Assembly (NCBI GenBank): GCA_017634455.1
Contig: JAGBNK010000017.1
Span: 59,625 to 123,624, forward strand
Direction: 5' to 3'
Length of the DNA stretch: 64,000 nucleotides
From: Lachnospiraceae bacterium
GTDB taxonomy: Bacteria > Bacillota > Clostridia > Lachnospirales > Lachnospiraceae
The notes under the pieces are model-generated. The model worked only from the letters and a program-made list of their open reading frames with translations, was not told the origin of the DNA and searched no databases. Positions 48,112-56,896 of this stretch are shown here, in pieces. Every line of letters starts with the position of its first letter. Position 1 is the stretch's first letter. Both the position numbers and the translations under genes were made by a program.

Positions 48112-50400
48112 TTATGTATAAGCAATTTCCTGCTCATCAAAAAATTGTTTGTACCCTTTGGGCTTCTCAGTGTCGTATGAATCATCTGCAACTTCATATA
48201 TTCCCTGTTGCATCTGCCAAAGGCGATAATACTGTCCTTGAAGCTTTATAAGTTCATCATGACTACCCTGCTCTGCGATATGACCTTTATCCATTACAAT
48301 TATCTGATCACAATTACGAACAGTAGCTAACCGATGAGCTACAATCAGCATCGTCTTATTTTTAAACTTGTTATATATCATGTCAAAAATTATATTTTCT
48401 GTTACAAAATCCAAATTAGATGTAGATTCATCCATAATGTAAAACTCATTATCTTTAAGAAATGCCCTGGCCAATGCAATACGCTGCTTCTCACCTCCGC
48501 TCAAACCGTTTCCAGCCTCCTCCAAATACGTGTAATATTGCATCGGAAGCTTCTTTATAAACTCATGTGCATCTGCTTTTTTAGCAGCTTCCTTCACTTC
48601 ATCTAAAGTAGCAGTCTGTCTACTCACTCTTATATTGTCATATATACTTTTAGAAAATAATTCTATATTCTGTGGAACATATGAGATTGCTCTACGCAAA
48701 GAACTGTTATGATACTCATTAATATCCACCCCATCTATAGTTATATATCCCTTCTCCGGCTCATAATATTTCAACAATAATTTTGCTATAGTGGATTTAC
48801 CACTTCCACTAGCCCCAACCAATGCAACTTTTTGCCCCTTTGGAATAGTAAAAGTTACATCTTCAAGCGCAGGTTTCCTATTCCCATATCTAAAAGTTAC
48901 ATTTTTAAATTCTATATCTCCATCAACTTTTTCAATCATCTGATATTGTTGATCAATACGCACTTCTGAAACAAAATCTGGCAAGCAACTGTCTTCAGCC
49001 AGTCCGACCTCCTGTTCTCGCTCATAATCTAATATTTCAGACAGCCTCTTCATCGAAATATTTGCTTCCTGAATCTGCAACTGTAACCCCACTAAATTAC
49101 TTACAGGATTAGTAAAATAACCTGCCAACGTCATAAATGCCATATAAGTTCCAAGTGTCAATTCATTATTTATTACTGATGAAATTCCCACATACATCAG
49201 CACTAAATTTCCTGCTCCAGATATAATGCTTGAAATAGTCCCCTGTACATTAGAAAGCATCGATTCCTTATATCCTATTCTTAAAGCCTTGATATATTCA
49301 CGCTCGATATTTTCTAACTCTATTTCTTCATTTGCGTTACCTTTTATTGTTTCAAAAGCTCTCAAGCTCTCAATTATTTCGGAATTTAATGCAGAATTCT
49401 GCTGCATCTGCTCTTCATTAATCCTTTTATATGGCTGTTTAAATATAAAAACCAAAACAATACTAATTAATGTCATAATCGCAATTATGCCAAATAATTT
49501 CGGATTCATCTGCCATAGAATAATCCCCGAGACAAAAGCCATACCTATATCCATAAACAATGATAATGCAATACTCGTAAAAATATTTTTAATAGTAAAT
49601 GCATCAGAAAATCTCGTCGTTATATCTCCCGTTCTTCTACTGGCAAAAAACTTCATCGGCAGCTTATAAATATGCTCGAAATATCCAAGCATAAGCGGTA
49701 TGTCAATTTTTATAGACAAATGTAGAAGTATCCATTGTCTGATAAAACTTACCATAATTGACGTAAGATTAACTCCAATAAAGACTGCCAACATCATTTT
49801 CAGAACGTCTTGTTGCTGATATGGAAGTATCTCATCATATATAACATTATTAAATAGAGATGAAACAATCCCAAGAACTGTCACAATAAGAGATGCCAAT
49901 AATGCATAAGCAAATAGTTTCTTCTGTGGCCAAAGCAATTTAATATAGCGTTCAAAAACTTTATTCCCTTTTATCTTTCCAGTAGTAAATTCATTATTGG
50001 GTTTCAGCAAAAGCAAAACGCCTGTAAAAGACTTATAAAATTCATCAATCTCGACTCTCATCAAGTCTCTTGCTGGATCACCGTATATCACATATTTCTT
50101 TGTTATTTTAAAAATAACAACAAAATGTGAAAATCCTTCCTTTGTAATAACATTTGCTATTGCCGGAAGAGTATACTTACTTTTAAACCCATCTTTATCT
50201 ACTTTTACCGCCTGTGATATAAAACCTAGCTCATCTGCGCACTTGGATAAACCAACCAAATTAGTCCCTTTTATATCTGTGCCCATAATATCTCGCAAAC
50301 TGGTAATCGTCGTCTCTTTCTTATAATGTAGGCACACCATCGCCATACAGGCTGCAGCACAGTCAGTAATATCATGCTGTTTTACAAATGTATATCTCAT
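48112..50400 (-). CDS. Peptidase C39-domain ABC exporter (bacteriocin/GG-leader processing transporter)
   Basis: N-terminal C39 motifs with the catalytic Cys (QHDITDCAAACMAMV) and the His region (FSHFVVIFKI...YGDP). Six-TM domain, Walker A GASGSGKST, signature LSGGEKQR, Walker B YIMDESTS. Confidence 0.93.
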   Translation of the reverse strand: MRYTFVKQHDITDCAAACMAMVCLHYKKETTITSLRDIMGTDIKGTNLVGLSKCADELGFISQAVKVDKDGFKSKYTLPAIANVITKEGFSHFVVIFKITKKYVIYGDPARDLMRVEIDEFYKSFTGVLLLLKPNNEFTTGKIKGNKVFERYIKLLWPQKKLFAYALLASLIVTVLGIVSSLFNNVIYDEILPYQQQDVLKMMLAVFIGVNLTSIMVSFIRQWILLHLSIKIDIPLMLGYFEHIYKLPMKFFASRRTGDITTRFSDAFTIKNIFTSIALSLFMDIGMAFVSGIILWQMNPKLFGIIAIMTLISIVLVFIFKQPYKRINEEQMQQNSALNSEIIESLRAFETIKGNANEEIELENIEREYIKALRIGYKESMLSNVQGTISSIISGAGNLVLMYVGISSVINNELTLGTYMAFMTLAGYFTNPVSNLVGLQLQIQEANISMKRLSEILDYEREQEVGLAEDSCLPDFVSEVRIDQQYQMIEKVDGDIEFKNVTFRYGNRKPALEDVTFTIPKGQKVALVGASGSGKSTIAKLLLKYYEPEKGYITIDGVDINEYHNSSLRRAISYVPQNIELFSKSIYDNIRVSRQTATLDEVKEAAKKADAHEFIKKLPMQYYTYLEEAGNGLSGGEKQRIALARAFLKDNEFYIMDESTSNLDFVTENIIFDMIYNKFKNKTMLIVAHRLATVRNCDQIIVMDKGHIAEQGSHDELIKLQGQYYRLWQMQQGIYEVADDSYDTEKPKGYKQFFDEQEIAYT

Positions 50401-50421
50401 ATTATCTAAGCCACCTGTTTT

Positions 50422-50658
50422 TTATTTAATCAAAATCCAATCTGATAGCCATCTTTTATTTTTTCCATCATATAACCGCCTATACATTTTCCCATTTATA
50501 ACTTTTTTGATCCATTTATACTCTGTTTTCATCGATATAGATACTATTTCTTCCTGTCCCAACTCTCCATAACCAGTATACATAACTGGGTTAATTAACA
50601 AGCTCATTAATACAAACGCAATTACTATATTTACCTTTTTTGAAATACTTCTACGCAT
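50422..50658 (-). CDS. Small signal-anchored protein (78 aa), unknown function
   Basis: GGGGG RBS. N-terminal hydrophobic helix NIVIAFVLMSLLINPV. The stop lies 21 nt before the ABC start (AGGTGG RBS), so the two are probably co-transcribed. Confidence 0.45.
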   Translation of the reverse strand: MRRSISKKVNIVIAFVLMSLLINPVMYTGYGELGQEEIVSISMKTEYKWIKKVINGKMYRRLYDGKNKRWLSDWILIK

Positions 50659-50668
50659 AATAATCCCC

Positions 50669-50706
50669 CTAAAAAAATAATCACGAAAGAACCTTTCGTG
50701 ATTATT
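50669..50706 (-). terminator. Strong rho-independent terminator after the BlaR1-like gene (also a perfect 14-bp DNA palindrome)
   Basis: AATAATCACGAAAG (50676-50689) pairs with CTTTCGTGATTATT (50693-50706) around a 3-nt loop. A 7-nt U-tract follows on the minus transcript and runs directly into the RBS of the 78-aa ORF. Confidence 0.7.
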
Positions 50707-50732
50707 GTAACACTGTTAGCTTGTAGCTTCAA
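50704..50732 (-). promoter_or_regulatory. Putative promoter overlapping the terminator 5-prime arm
   Basis: The minus strand reads TTGAAG (50732-50727), a 17-nt spacer, then TACAAT (50709-50704). The palindrome TAACA-G-TGTTA (50718-50708) overlaps the -10. Confidence 0.4.
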
Positions 50733-50751
50733 GTTTTACTGTATCAATATT

Positions 50752-51921
50752 TTATTTATTCTCTCTAATCGCCAAACTATCTGGCAACAAGTACTCATAC
50801 CATTTATCTCTCTCATTAATAACATTTATACGCTCAAAAGATTCATCCATTTGTGAAATGCTCCCAAAATAAGCATCCTTATAATAAATATCATATGTGC
50901 CATCCGATTTATGAATCATATAAGAGTTTTCCGGTGTAAGATATACCGCACCCTCTTCTTCAAGAACATCTTCATCAACATAGTCCGGTTCAAAAATAAA
51001 AATATATGACAATACAAAAAAACATACTGTCATTAATAAATAAAAGTACCTTTTAAACGAGACTTTTCCCGAACTAGTCATATATTCAAACCGCTTCTTC
51101 AGAATGCTTTTATTAGATGCAAGTGTCATAATTGGTGTTTTTTCTTTATTAGCTTTATCATTTAAAGAAGCTACCAATAATTCCATATACTTTATAGTCG
51201 TTTCTTTATTTGACGCGATCTCATGATCAACCCGAATTTCTAATATTTCATTTGTTTCATTTCTAACTAGCAAAGTGACTGGATTCCACCAAAACATACA
51301 ATTCATTAGTGCAACAAAAAATTTTAACAATAAATCGCAGTTATTATAATGGGTAATCTCATGCCTTAATATTAATTCAAGATTATCATCTGAGAGCTCT
51401 ATATCTTGTGGCAATAAAACTTTTTGAACAAATAAACCCGCAATCTGAGCACTTTCTACCTTATTTGTTCTCAAAACAATCAATCTTAAAAGGCGCTTCT
51501 TCTTATACTTTTCTAAACATTTTCTAATGTTTTTATCAGCTGTAACATCAACTGCATTCCTACCAATATACTTATCAAATCGAACTGTCTCTCTTATTAA
51601 ATATACACTTTTAATTGCAAATCCAAACATCCATATTAGTAATAGAACATGCGCCACTCGAATTCTAGTACCGCCAATTTCATTCCACATTACATCTAAA
51701 TATTTGGATATATTATATGGCCAATATACATTTCTACTAATATTAAGCATCTCAACCGGAAATGCCAACCGAATAATCAATAATATAATCGAAATTATTA
51801 TTGTATTATAACCGATAGCAACTATTTTTTTGGTACTATTCAACACAATATATATATAAACAATAAACAAATTACACGATATAATTGTTGTTATAACTGA
51901 TGAAACCGTAAAATCAATCAT
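50752..51921 (-). CDS. BlaR1/MecR1-like M56 metalloprotease signal transducer lacking a penicillin-binding sensor domain
   Basis: Polytopic N-terminus, HExxH zinc motif (HEITHYNNCD), a further TM helix, then an unrecognised domain of about 90 aa. TAATG overlap with the blaI-like gene. Confidence 0.78.
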   Translation of the reverse strand: MIDFTVSSVITTIISCNLFIVYIYIVLNSTKKIVAIGYNTIIISIILLIIRLAFPVEMLNISRNVYWPYNISKYLDVMWNEIGGTRIRVAHVLLLIWMFGFAIKSVYLIRETVRFDKYIGRNAVDVTADKNIRKCLEKYKKKRLLRLIVLRTNKVESAQIAGLFVQKVLLPQDIELSDDNLELILRHEITHYNNCDLLLKFFVALMNCMFWWNPVTLLVRNETNEILEIRVDHEIASNKETTIKYMELLVASLNDKANKEKTPIMTLASNKSILKKRFEYMTSSGKVSFKRYFYLLMTVCFFVLSYIFIFEPDYVDEDVLEEEGAVYLTPENSYMIHKSDGTYDIYYKDAYFGSISQMDESFERINVINERDKWYEYLLPDSLAIRENK

Positions 51922-52322
51922 TATTTAATCTCTTTTTTGTACTCCTCAAGCATCTTTTCTAATTCAGCTACATCTTTTAATCTCTGTTTCTTTGACTTTT
52001 CTGCTCCAAGCAATCCACATACAAGTTCAATAGCTGGACGCTTATTGAGTTTCTCCATCTCATCAATATAGCATCTTGTCTGGAACTCCTCAGCAGTCAT
52101 TGTGGGCAAATAGCTTCTGCACAACACTGTTCCGCTATATCCGATTTCTCCAACCTTGATATATTCAAATTTAAGCAGCCTTCTAAGTTCAGCCTGTACA
52201 GTATTTACATTTAACTCAGAATTAATGTCACATATCTCGCTATAAGACAACGGCTTCTCTGTGTTCCATAAAATATCCATAATTTTTCTTTGTGCCTTTG
52301 TAAGTCTTTGCATAATAATCAT
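51921..52322 (-). CDS. BlaI/MecI/CopY-family winged-helix repressor
   Basis: 133 aa. The TKAQRKIMDILWNTEKPLSYSEICDINSELNVNTVQAELRRLLKFEYI pattern is typical of penicillinase-repressor family proteins. Confidence 0.83.
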   Translation of the reverse strand: MIIMQRLTKAQRKIMDILWNTEKPLSYSEICDINSELNVNTVQAELRRLLKFEYIKVGEIGYSGTVLCRSYLPTMTAEEFQTRCYIDEMEKLNKRPAIELVCGLLGAEKSKKQRLKDVAELEKMLEEYKKEIK

Positions 52323-52359
52323 ATTCCTTTCGTTATAAATTATTAATTGTGTTACTTAT

Positions 52360-52388
52360 ATTTTAAATAACTGCATTTCTTATCGCAA
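52360..52388 (-). promoter_or_regulatory. Putative promoter of the blaI/blaR1-like operon
   Basis: The minus strand reads TTGCGA (52388-52383), a 17-nt spacer, then TAAAAT (52365-52360), directly after the upstream terminator. GTAACACAATTA (52355-52344) lies just downstream of the -10. Confidence 0.45.
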
Positions 52389-52429
52389 CAAAAAAATACT
52401 CTCTTTACTGCTTTCCAATAAAGAGAGTA
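52389..52429 (-). terminator. Rho-independent terminator after the SDR gene (high-coordinate edge of the island)
   Basis: TACTCTCTTTA (52397-52407) pairs with TAAAGAGAGTA (52419-52429). An 8-nt U-tract comes from the A-run at 52389-52396. Confidence 0.75.
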
Positions 52430-52462
52430 ATACTTGCCATGTTCAATTTCTTTTTTATAAAA

Positions 52463-53275
52463 TTATAGCTTCTTTAATGTTGTCGCTCCACCATCGCACA
52501 ATATATCAACGCCTGCCAGGTATCCATTTCGCTCATCAACAGCTGTAGCAATGGCATATCCCAGTTCTTCCGGTTTACCCATTCTCTTCTCTGCTGTTTG
52601 AGATACCATATCTCCAGCATTATCTGATTCCAGATTTCCCATATCCGTAGCGATCAATCCCGGACTCAGAGACAATACTCGTATTCCTCGCTTACCATAC
52701 TCCTTCGCACTGTATCGAGCATACCACAAGACAAAATTCTTGGAGAGAGCATATGCAAATCCAGCTTTATTATAATCCGTTTTTGCCAGATTACTCTTCT
52801 TAATCATCTTCTGCACAAATTTATCTTCATCCTTCAATGCCAGCTTATACTGTTTCTCATTTATTAGAAATTTAGGGAGTAAATATGCTGAATTAGATGA
52901 CACATCCAAAATCACGCTACCTGCTTCCATCTTCTTTGAAAACTCCTGATTTACATAAACTGTACCAAGAGCATTCACTCGAATTAACTGTTCCTGCTTT
53001 GCCATTGCCGGAGACAGTCCAGCAGCATTTATCACATTAGTAATCTTGCCTAATCCAGCACAAAACTCTGCCAACTCTCTCACGCTGTTTCTATCTGAAG
53101 TATCGCATGTATGTGCATAGGCCTTATGTCCACTTGCCTCAATCTCAGCAACAGCTCTCTCAAGTTTCGTAAGCGTTCTACCCGATACTACTATTACCTT
53201 ATCCTTTGGCATATATTTAGCAGCAGCGAGACCCATTCCACTTCCGCCACCAGTTATTACACATATTTCACTCAT
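52463..53275 (-). CDS. Short-chain dehydrogenase/reductase (SDR)
   Basis: TGGGSGMG cofactor motif and a YxxxK region (YALSK). I prefer the start at 53275 because GGAGGAA lies 6 nt upstream. Confidence 0.85.
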   Translation of the reverse strand: MSEICVITGGGSGMGLAAAKYMPKDKVIVVSGRTLTKLERAVAEIEASGHKAYAHTCDTSDRNSVRELAEFCAGLGKITNVINAAGLSPAMAKQEQLIRVNALGTVYVNQEFSKKMEAGSVILDVSSNSAYLLPKFLINEKQYKLALKDEDKFVQKMIKKSNLAKTDYNKAGFAYALSKNFVLWYARYSAKEYGKRGIRVLSLSPGLIATDMGNLESDNAGDMVSQTAEKRMGKPEELGYAIATAVDERNGYLAGVDILCDGGATTLKKL

Positions 53276-53339
53276 TATATATTCCTCCATCTATATCGAT
53301 TAGAGTAAATATATCACCCCTGTGTAAACAGTAAGTAAA

Positions 53340-53984
53340 CTAGAAACACTCCAATGTATCATCTTCATCTATATTATTTGCCACATATTTCACATAAAAT
53401 ATAGATTCAGCAACCTGAGGTATACACAGCACCAACAGCGTTAATACCCCTTCTATCAAAAGGTAACTTCCATCATATACTATGTTGTACCACAGATTTG
53501 CAGCAAACCCTTCTCTGTAATTTGGATAGAATATCTCAGCTGATATTACGTAGCATACAAACATACCAACCAGCCCCATTACATATCCCAACTTCAATTT
53601 CATGGGTTCAACCTGAATCGCCTCATTCTCATCAATACGTATCACATCAGGATTGTTTGGTTCATGCACCATCGCACCAAGTGAGAACATCAAATGGGCA
53701 ATTGGATACTCTAACACAATTGAACCTATTGCCGGATTTACATACTCGCCTGTCAGGATATTTAACCCAAGTCGGATAAAACCAAATATAACAGATGAAG
53801 CAATACCATACTTTGGGCCACATACAAATGTTATAAGCCACAATGCCAACAAACCAAAATATGTCACGCACCCTCCTTGTGGCAACACTATTACCTTGAT
53901 GCAGGATAATCCGGTAGCAAGGGCAAGCAATATCAATGTCCACAATATTCTATTATTCCAAAATATGTTCTTACTCTTCTTCAT
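53340..53984 (-). CDS. Polytopic membrane protein, ThiT/YuaJ-like ECF S-component (tentative)
   Basis: About 6 TM helices. LPQGGCVTY resembles the MPQGGS motif of YuaJ/ThiT-type proteins. Motif-only call. Confidence 0.45.
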   Translation of the reverse strand: MKKSKNIFWNNRILWTLILLALATGLSCIKVIVLPQGGCVTYFGLLALWLITFVCGPKYGIASSVIFGFIRLGLNILTGEYVNPAIGSIVLEYPIAHLMFSLGAMVHEPNNPDVIRIDENEAIQVEPMKLKLGYVMGLVGMFVCYVISAEIFYPNYREGFAANLWYNIVYDGSYLLIEGVLTLLVLCIPQVAESIFYVKYVANNIDEDDTLECF

Positions 53985-55326
53985 CTCTCAGTTCCTTTAT
54001 ATGCATAGATCCTTTTCTGGTTTTATCTCTCATATACTTAAGCAATATCACCACAAGTACAAATGATATGGTGCCGCAGATAATCAATGTGGAAAATGTA
54101 GTATTGGCATAATCCGCGTTTATTCCAACAAATCCATAGAAATGCTCCAGCATCTCCACTACAAATGCCTGTACCTGAATAATCGCCAATATTGTAGCCA
54201 CAATGCTTAATATATTTCCATTTCTCTCTGACACGCGAGCACTCTTCAACTCCACGATATGCTCTAAGAAGCTCTGATGTTCCAGATAAGTCTCTTGCAG
54301 TTCCTCATTTCCGAAAGCTTTGATAATCTGCATGGCCTCCTGCTGAGTCCCCCAGTATTTGAAATTGTGTTTCTCCCAGAATCTAACGGTCTTACCGAAG
54401 TTTCTATACAATGACAATATCTGCTCATGAGATATATCACCATCATTGGCCAGTGCATTGGTTATCTGCATATTTACTTTTACAATAGAAGTATTCTGGA
54501 ACATTACCAGAATCAATATAAAAGCATATGTTGCTGTTATATCATTTCGCCCCTCCACATTATCATCAAAGGATTCCATAATACAAGCAACCACAGTTTC
54601 AGACATATATACATGGTAATAATCATACTGGGCATAGTCTGTTTCACATATAGTTTTCAAGTTCTCACTGTCAACATGAAATGTCTGGTGTATGCTGTTA
54701 TAAGTCTCCCCCGCCATCATACATTTGAACTCCGGTTCCTCCGGTCTGTCTGATAACAAAACAAATGCCTTGGCTTCCCCACATTTCAAAAGACCATATT
54801 TATATTTTAGGAATTTATAAATATCCAGATATTTATTTCGCAGCAGTCGGCTACGATTTTCCTTTGTCAGAAAATCCTCCGCATCCTCAGGCATCTTGAT
54901 CCACATGCTTTCATGACTCATCTGATCTAAAACCTGTGTAGCATCATATGCACAGTTTGGCAATACAATTGTAAGCACATATATATGAGTTGGCTCATGC
55001 AAAGTCAAAATCATATGACAGTTTTCAGTAGCAACACACTCTGGTTCTTCATTAGCATCCGGATAATCATCTGTTGAATGGATAAATTCATAGGAACCCA
55101 GGTATGCCATTTCCAATTCATCTGCAACTACATTTCGGCATTCATACTGGAAATTTTCTTCCAATTTAGCCATTAGCGTGGCTGCAAATTTATCACGCTG
55201 CTTAATCCAATCATAACCATGACGCTTATTCTTCTTTGCTTGCTCTAATATCTCATCCAATCGCCAATTATTCTTGTTATCAGCCAATGGAATCATCAAA
55301 AAGATATCCTTCTTATAACTTCCCAT
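53971..55326 (-). CDS. Hypothetical protein with a large soluble N-terminal region and two C-terminal TM helices (CorA-like topology)
   Basis: AGGAGAGG RBS. 451 aa. The C-terminus is ILSIVATILAIIQVQAFVVEML...FYGFVGIN...FSTLIICGTISFVLVVILL. Overlaps the next gene by 14 nt. Confidence 0.4.
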   Translation of the reverse strand: MGSYKKDIFLMIPLADNKNNWRLDEILEQAKKNKRHGYDWIKQRDKFAATLMAKLEENFQYECRNVVADELEMAYLGSYEFIHSTDDYPDANEEPECVATENCHMILTLHEPTHIYVLTIVLPNCAYDATQVLDQMSHESMWIKMPEDAEDFLTKENRSRLLRNKYLDIYKFLKYKYGLLKCGEAKAFVLLSDRPEEPEFKCMMAGETYNSIHQTFHVDSENLKTICETDYAQYDYYHVYMSETVVACIMESFDDNVEGRNDITATYAFILILVMFQNTSIVKVNMQITNALANDGDISHEQILSLYRNFGKTVRFWEKHNFKYWGTQQEAMQIIKAFGNEELQETYLEHQSFLEHIVELKSARVSERNGNILSIVATILAIIQVQAFVVEMLEHFYGFVGINADYANTTFSTLIICGTISFVLVVILLKYMRDKTRKGSMHIKELRDEEE

Positions 55327-55339
55327 TTAAAGTCCTCTC

Positions 55340-55948
55340 CTACTTGCTAAAATCCAAATCATTTGCCATAAGCTTCCGCAAACCATCCCCTTCACATACA
55401 AAGAGTACATTCCCGTCTTCCTTCAGCACTCTCTCATCTATGAACCGCAATCTCTTCAAAGCCTTTTTTCCGTCAGGTGATACCGCAGTAGCCGTTATAG
55501 TTTTGATTCCATAACCCGCATCATTCATATGATTCAGATAGTCTATCCATGCATCAGTCAGCAATTTAATGACACCACTATCTCTATAATCAGGATTCGT
55601 AGCAATAGAGATAATAAATATATTATTATCGCCCTGCTGCCACTTACTCAATTCCTTCGGCTCAATATCATCATCGCGAATAATCTCCGTATCATATCTG
55701 ATGTCCTGGTACAGCTCATCTGAACATGGAATAAAATTTATATATCCCGCCAGTCTGCCATTTGCCTCATCCTCTACACAGATAAACTGTCTCGGCTCAG
55801 CCTCATATCTGGCAATCATATTTTCCAGCTCACCTACATAACCATCCGCAGCATAGACTATTTCATCAATGCCCATTACCTTATTTAAATATTTGACATC
55901 AATTTCTTCTCCATTCAATATCTTAAAACTCATTTTATTCTGCTCCAA
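55340..55948 (-). CDS. GNAT-like N-acetyltransferase (tentative)
   Basis: IFIISIATNPDYRDSGVIKLLTDAWIDYL resembles GNAT motif A (acetyl-CoA binding). Confidence 0.5.
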   Translation of the reverse strand: MEQNKMSFKILNGEEIDVKYLNKVMGIDEIVYAADGYVGELENMIARYEAEPRQFICVEDEANGRLAGYINFIPCSDELYQDIRYDTEIIRDDDIEPKELSKWQQGDNNIFIISIATNPDYRDSGVIKLLTDAWIDYLNHMNDAGYGIKTITATAVSPDGKKALKRLRFIDERVLKEDGNVLFVCEGDGLRKLMANDLDFSK

Positions 55949-55998
55949 TTATCATCATATTTTACTCATTACTACCAATGCTAAAACTAGACCAGGTA

Positions 55999-56862
55999 TC
56001 ATTTATCAGAATCTAATAATTCATAATAAAACAGATATTGCTGAATTATACCTGCAAAACCTGCATACCTATCAAAGTCAAAGCCATCTGCATAATATTT
56101 GTCCAACAATTGCTTCACATGGGTATCTATAGGAAATGCATCCACATGGTGCAATCCAAACAAACATATACAATTAGCCACCTTGGGACCAATACCCTTG
56201 TGAGATATGAGTTCCTTGTATGCCTGGTCGTAAGACATATGTGCCAACTCAACAATCCACTGGGGATTTGCTGCAGTATATGCATACATTTCTCTCAAGT
56301 AAGGTGCACGATATCCGAATCCCATAGATGAATCCTCAAATACATCCTCATGCACTTCCCCTGGCTTTGGAAAAGCATACATCTCTTCCACAGGCAAACC
56401 AAAATCACCTGCGGTTTTAAATTTGCGCCCACAACATCGGCACAACGCATCAACGCTATTACCTATTCGCTTGATATTATTATTTTGAGAAATCATAAAT
56501 GTAATTATAATCTCCCAAATATCCTGCTTCAATATTCTCACGCCATTTCCAGCACGAAATGCTTCCTGTAAATGCACGTCATCAGAATCAAGTATAACCT
56601 GTTCAATTGCATTATAATCTGTCAGCATGTCAAAATAATCCTGCCAAATATTCTCCCACTGAACCTCAGTGCAGGCGAATGTGAATTTATCTCCCTGCTG
56701 CATCACATCAATATATGTTCCAAAAGCTGGTATCCTATATATAACCATCTCTGCATCTGCAACAATCTGTCTCCATCGAAAACACTGTCCGCTATCTGCA
56801 ATCTGTTTTAAATCAAAATTTCTAATCTGTCTCTCAATCATTATATCACCGGCTTTTATCAT
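55999..56862 (-). CDS. 8-oxoguanine DNA glycosylase / AP lyase (OGG-type, HhH-GPD)
   Basis: HhH-GPD motif HKGIGPKVANCICLFGLHHVDAFPIDTHV with the catalytic Lys and Asp. Confidence 0.8.
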   Translation of the reverse strand: MIKAGDIMIERQIRNFDLKQIADSGQCFRWRQIVADAEMVIYRIPAFGTYIDVMQQGDKFTFACTEVQWENIWQDYFDMLTDYNAIEQVILDSDDVHLQEAFRAGNGVRILKQDIWEIIITFMISQNNNIKRIGNSVDALCRCCGRKFKTAGDFGLPVEEMYAFPKPGEVHEDVFEDSSMGFGYRAPYLREMYAYTAANPQWIVELAHMSYDQAYKELISHKGIGPKVANCICLFGLHHVDAFPIDTHVKQLLDKYYADGFDFDRYAGFAGIIQQYLFYYELLDSDK

Positions 56863-56896
56863 ATAAATTACATATCTACCACACTTTTTGGCACCA

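Noticed and set aside
50422-50658. Resemblance of KWIKKVINGKMYRRLYDGKNKRWLSDW to a choline/cell-wall-binding repeat
   Set aside because: It is a single, poorly matching copy with no GW dipeptides in the right register. I kept the ORF as an unknown small signal-anchored protein.
41900-52390. The island as a mobile genetic element
   Set aside because: I found no integrase, transposase, relaxase, tRNA target or flanking direct repeats. Only the compositional shift suggests horizontal origin, so it is reported as an island and not as a mobile element.
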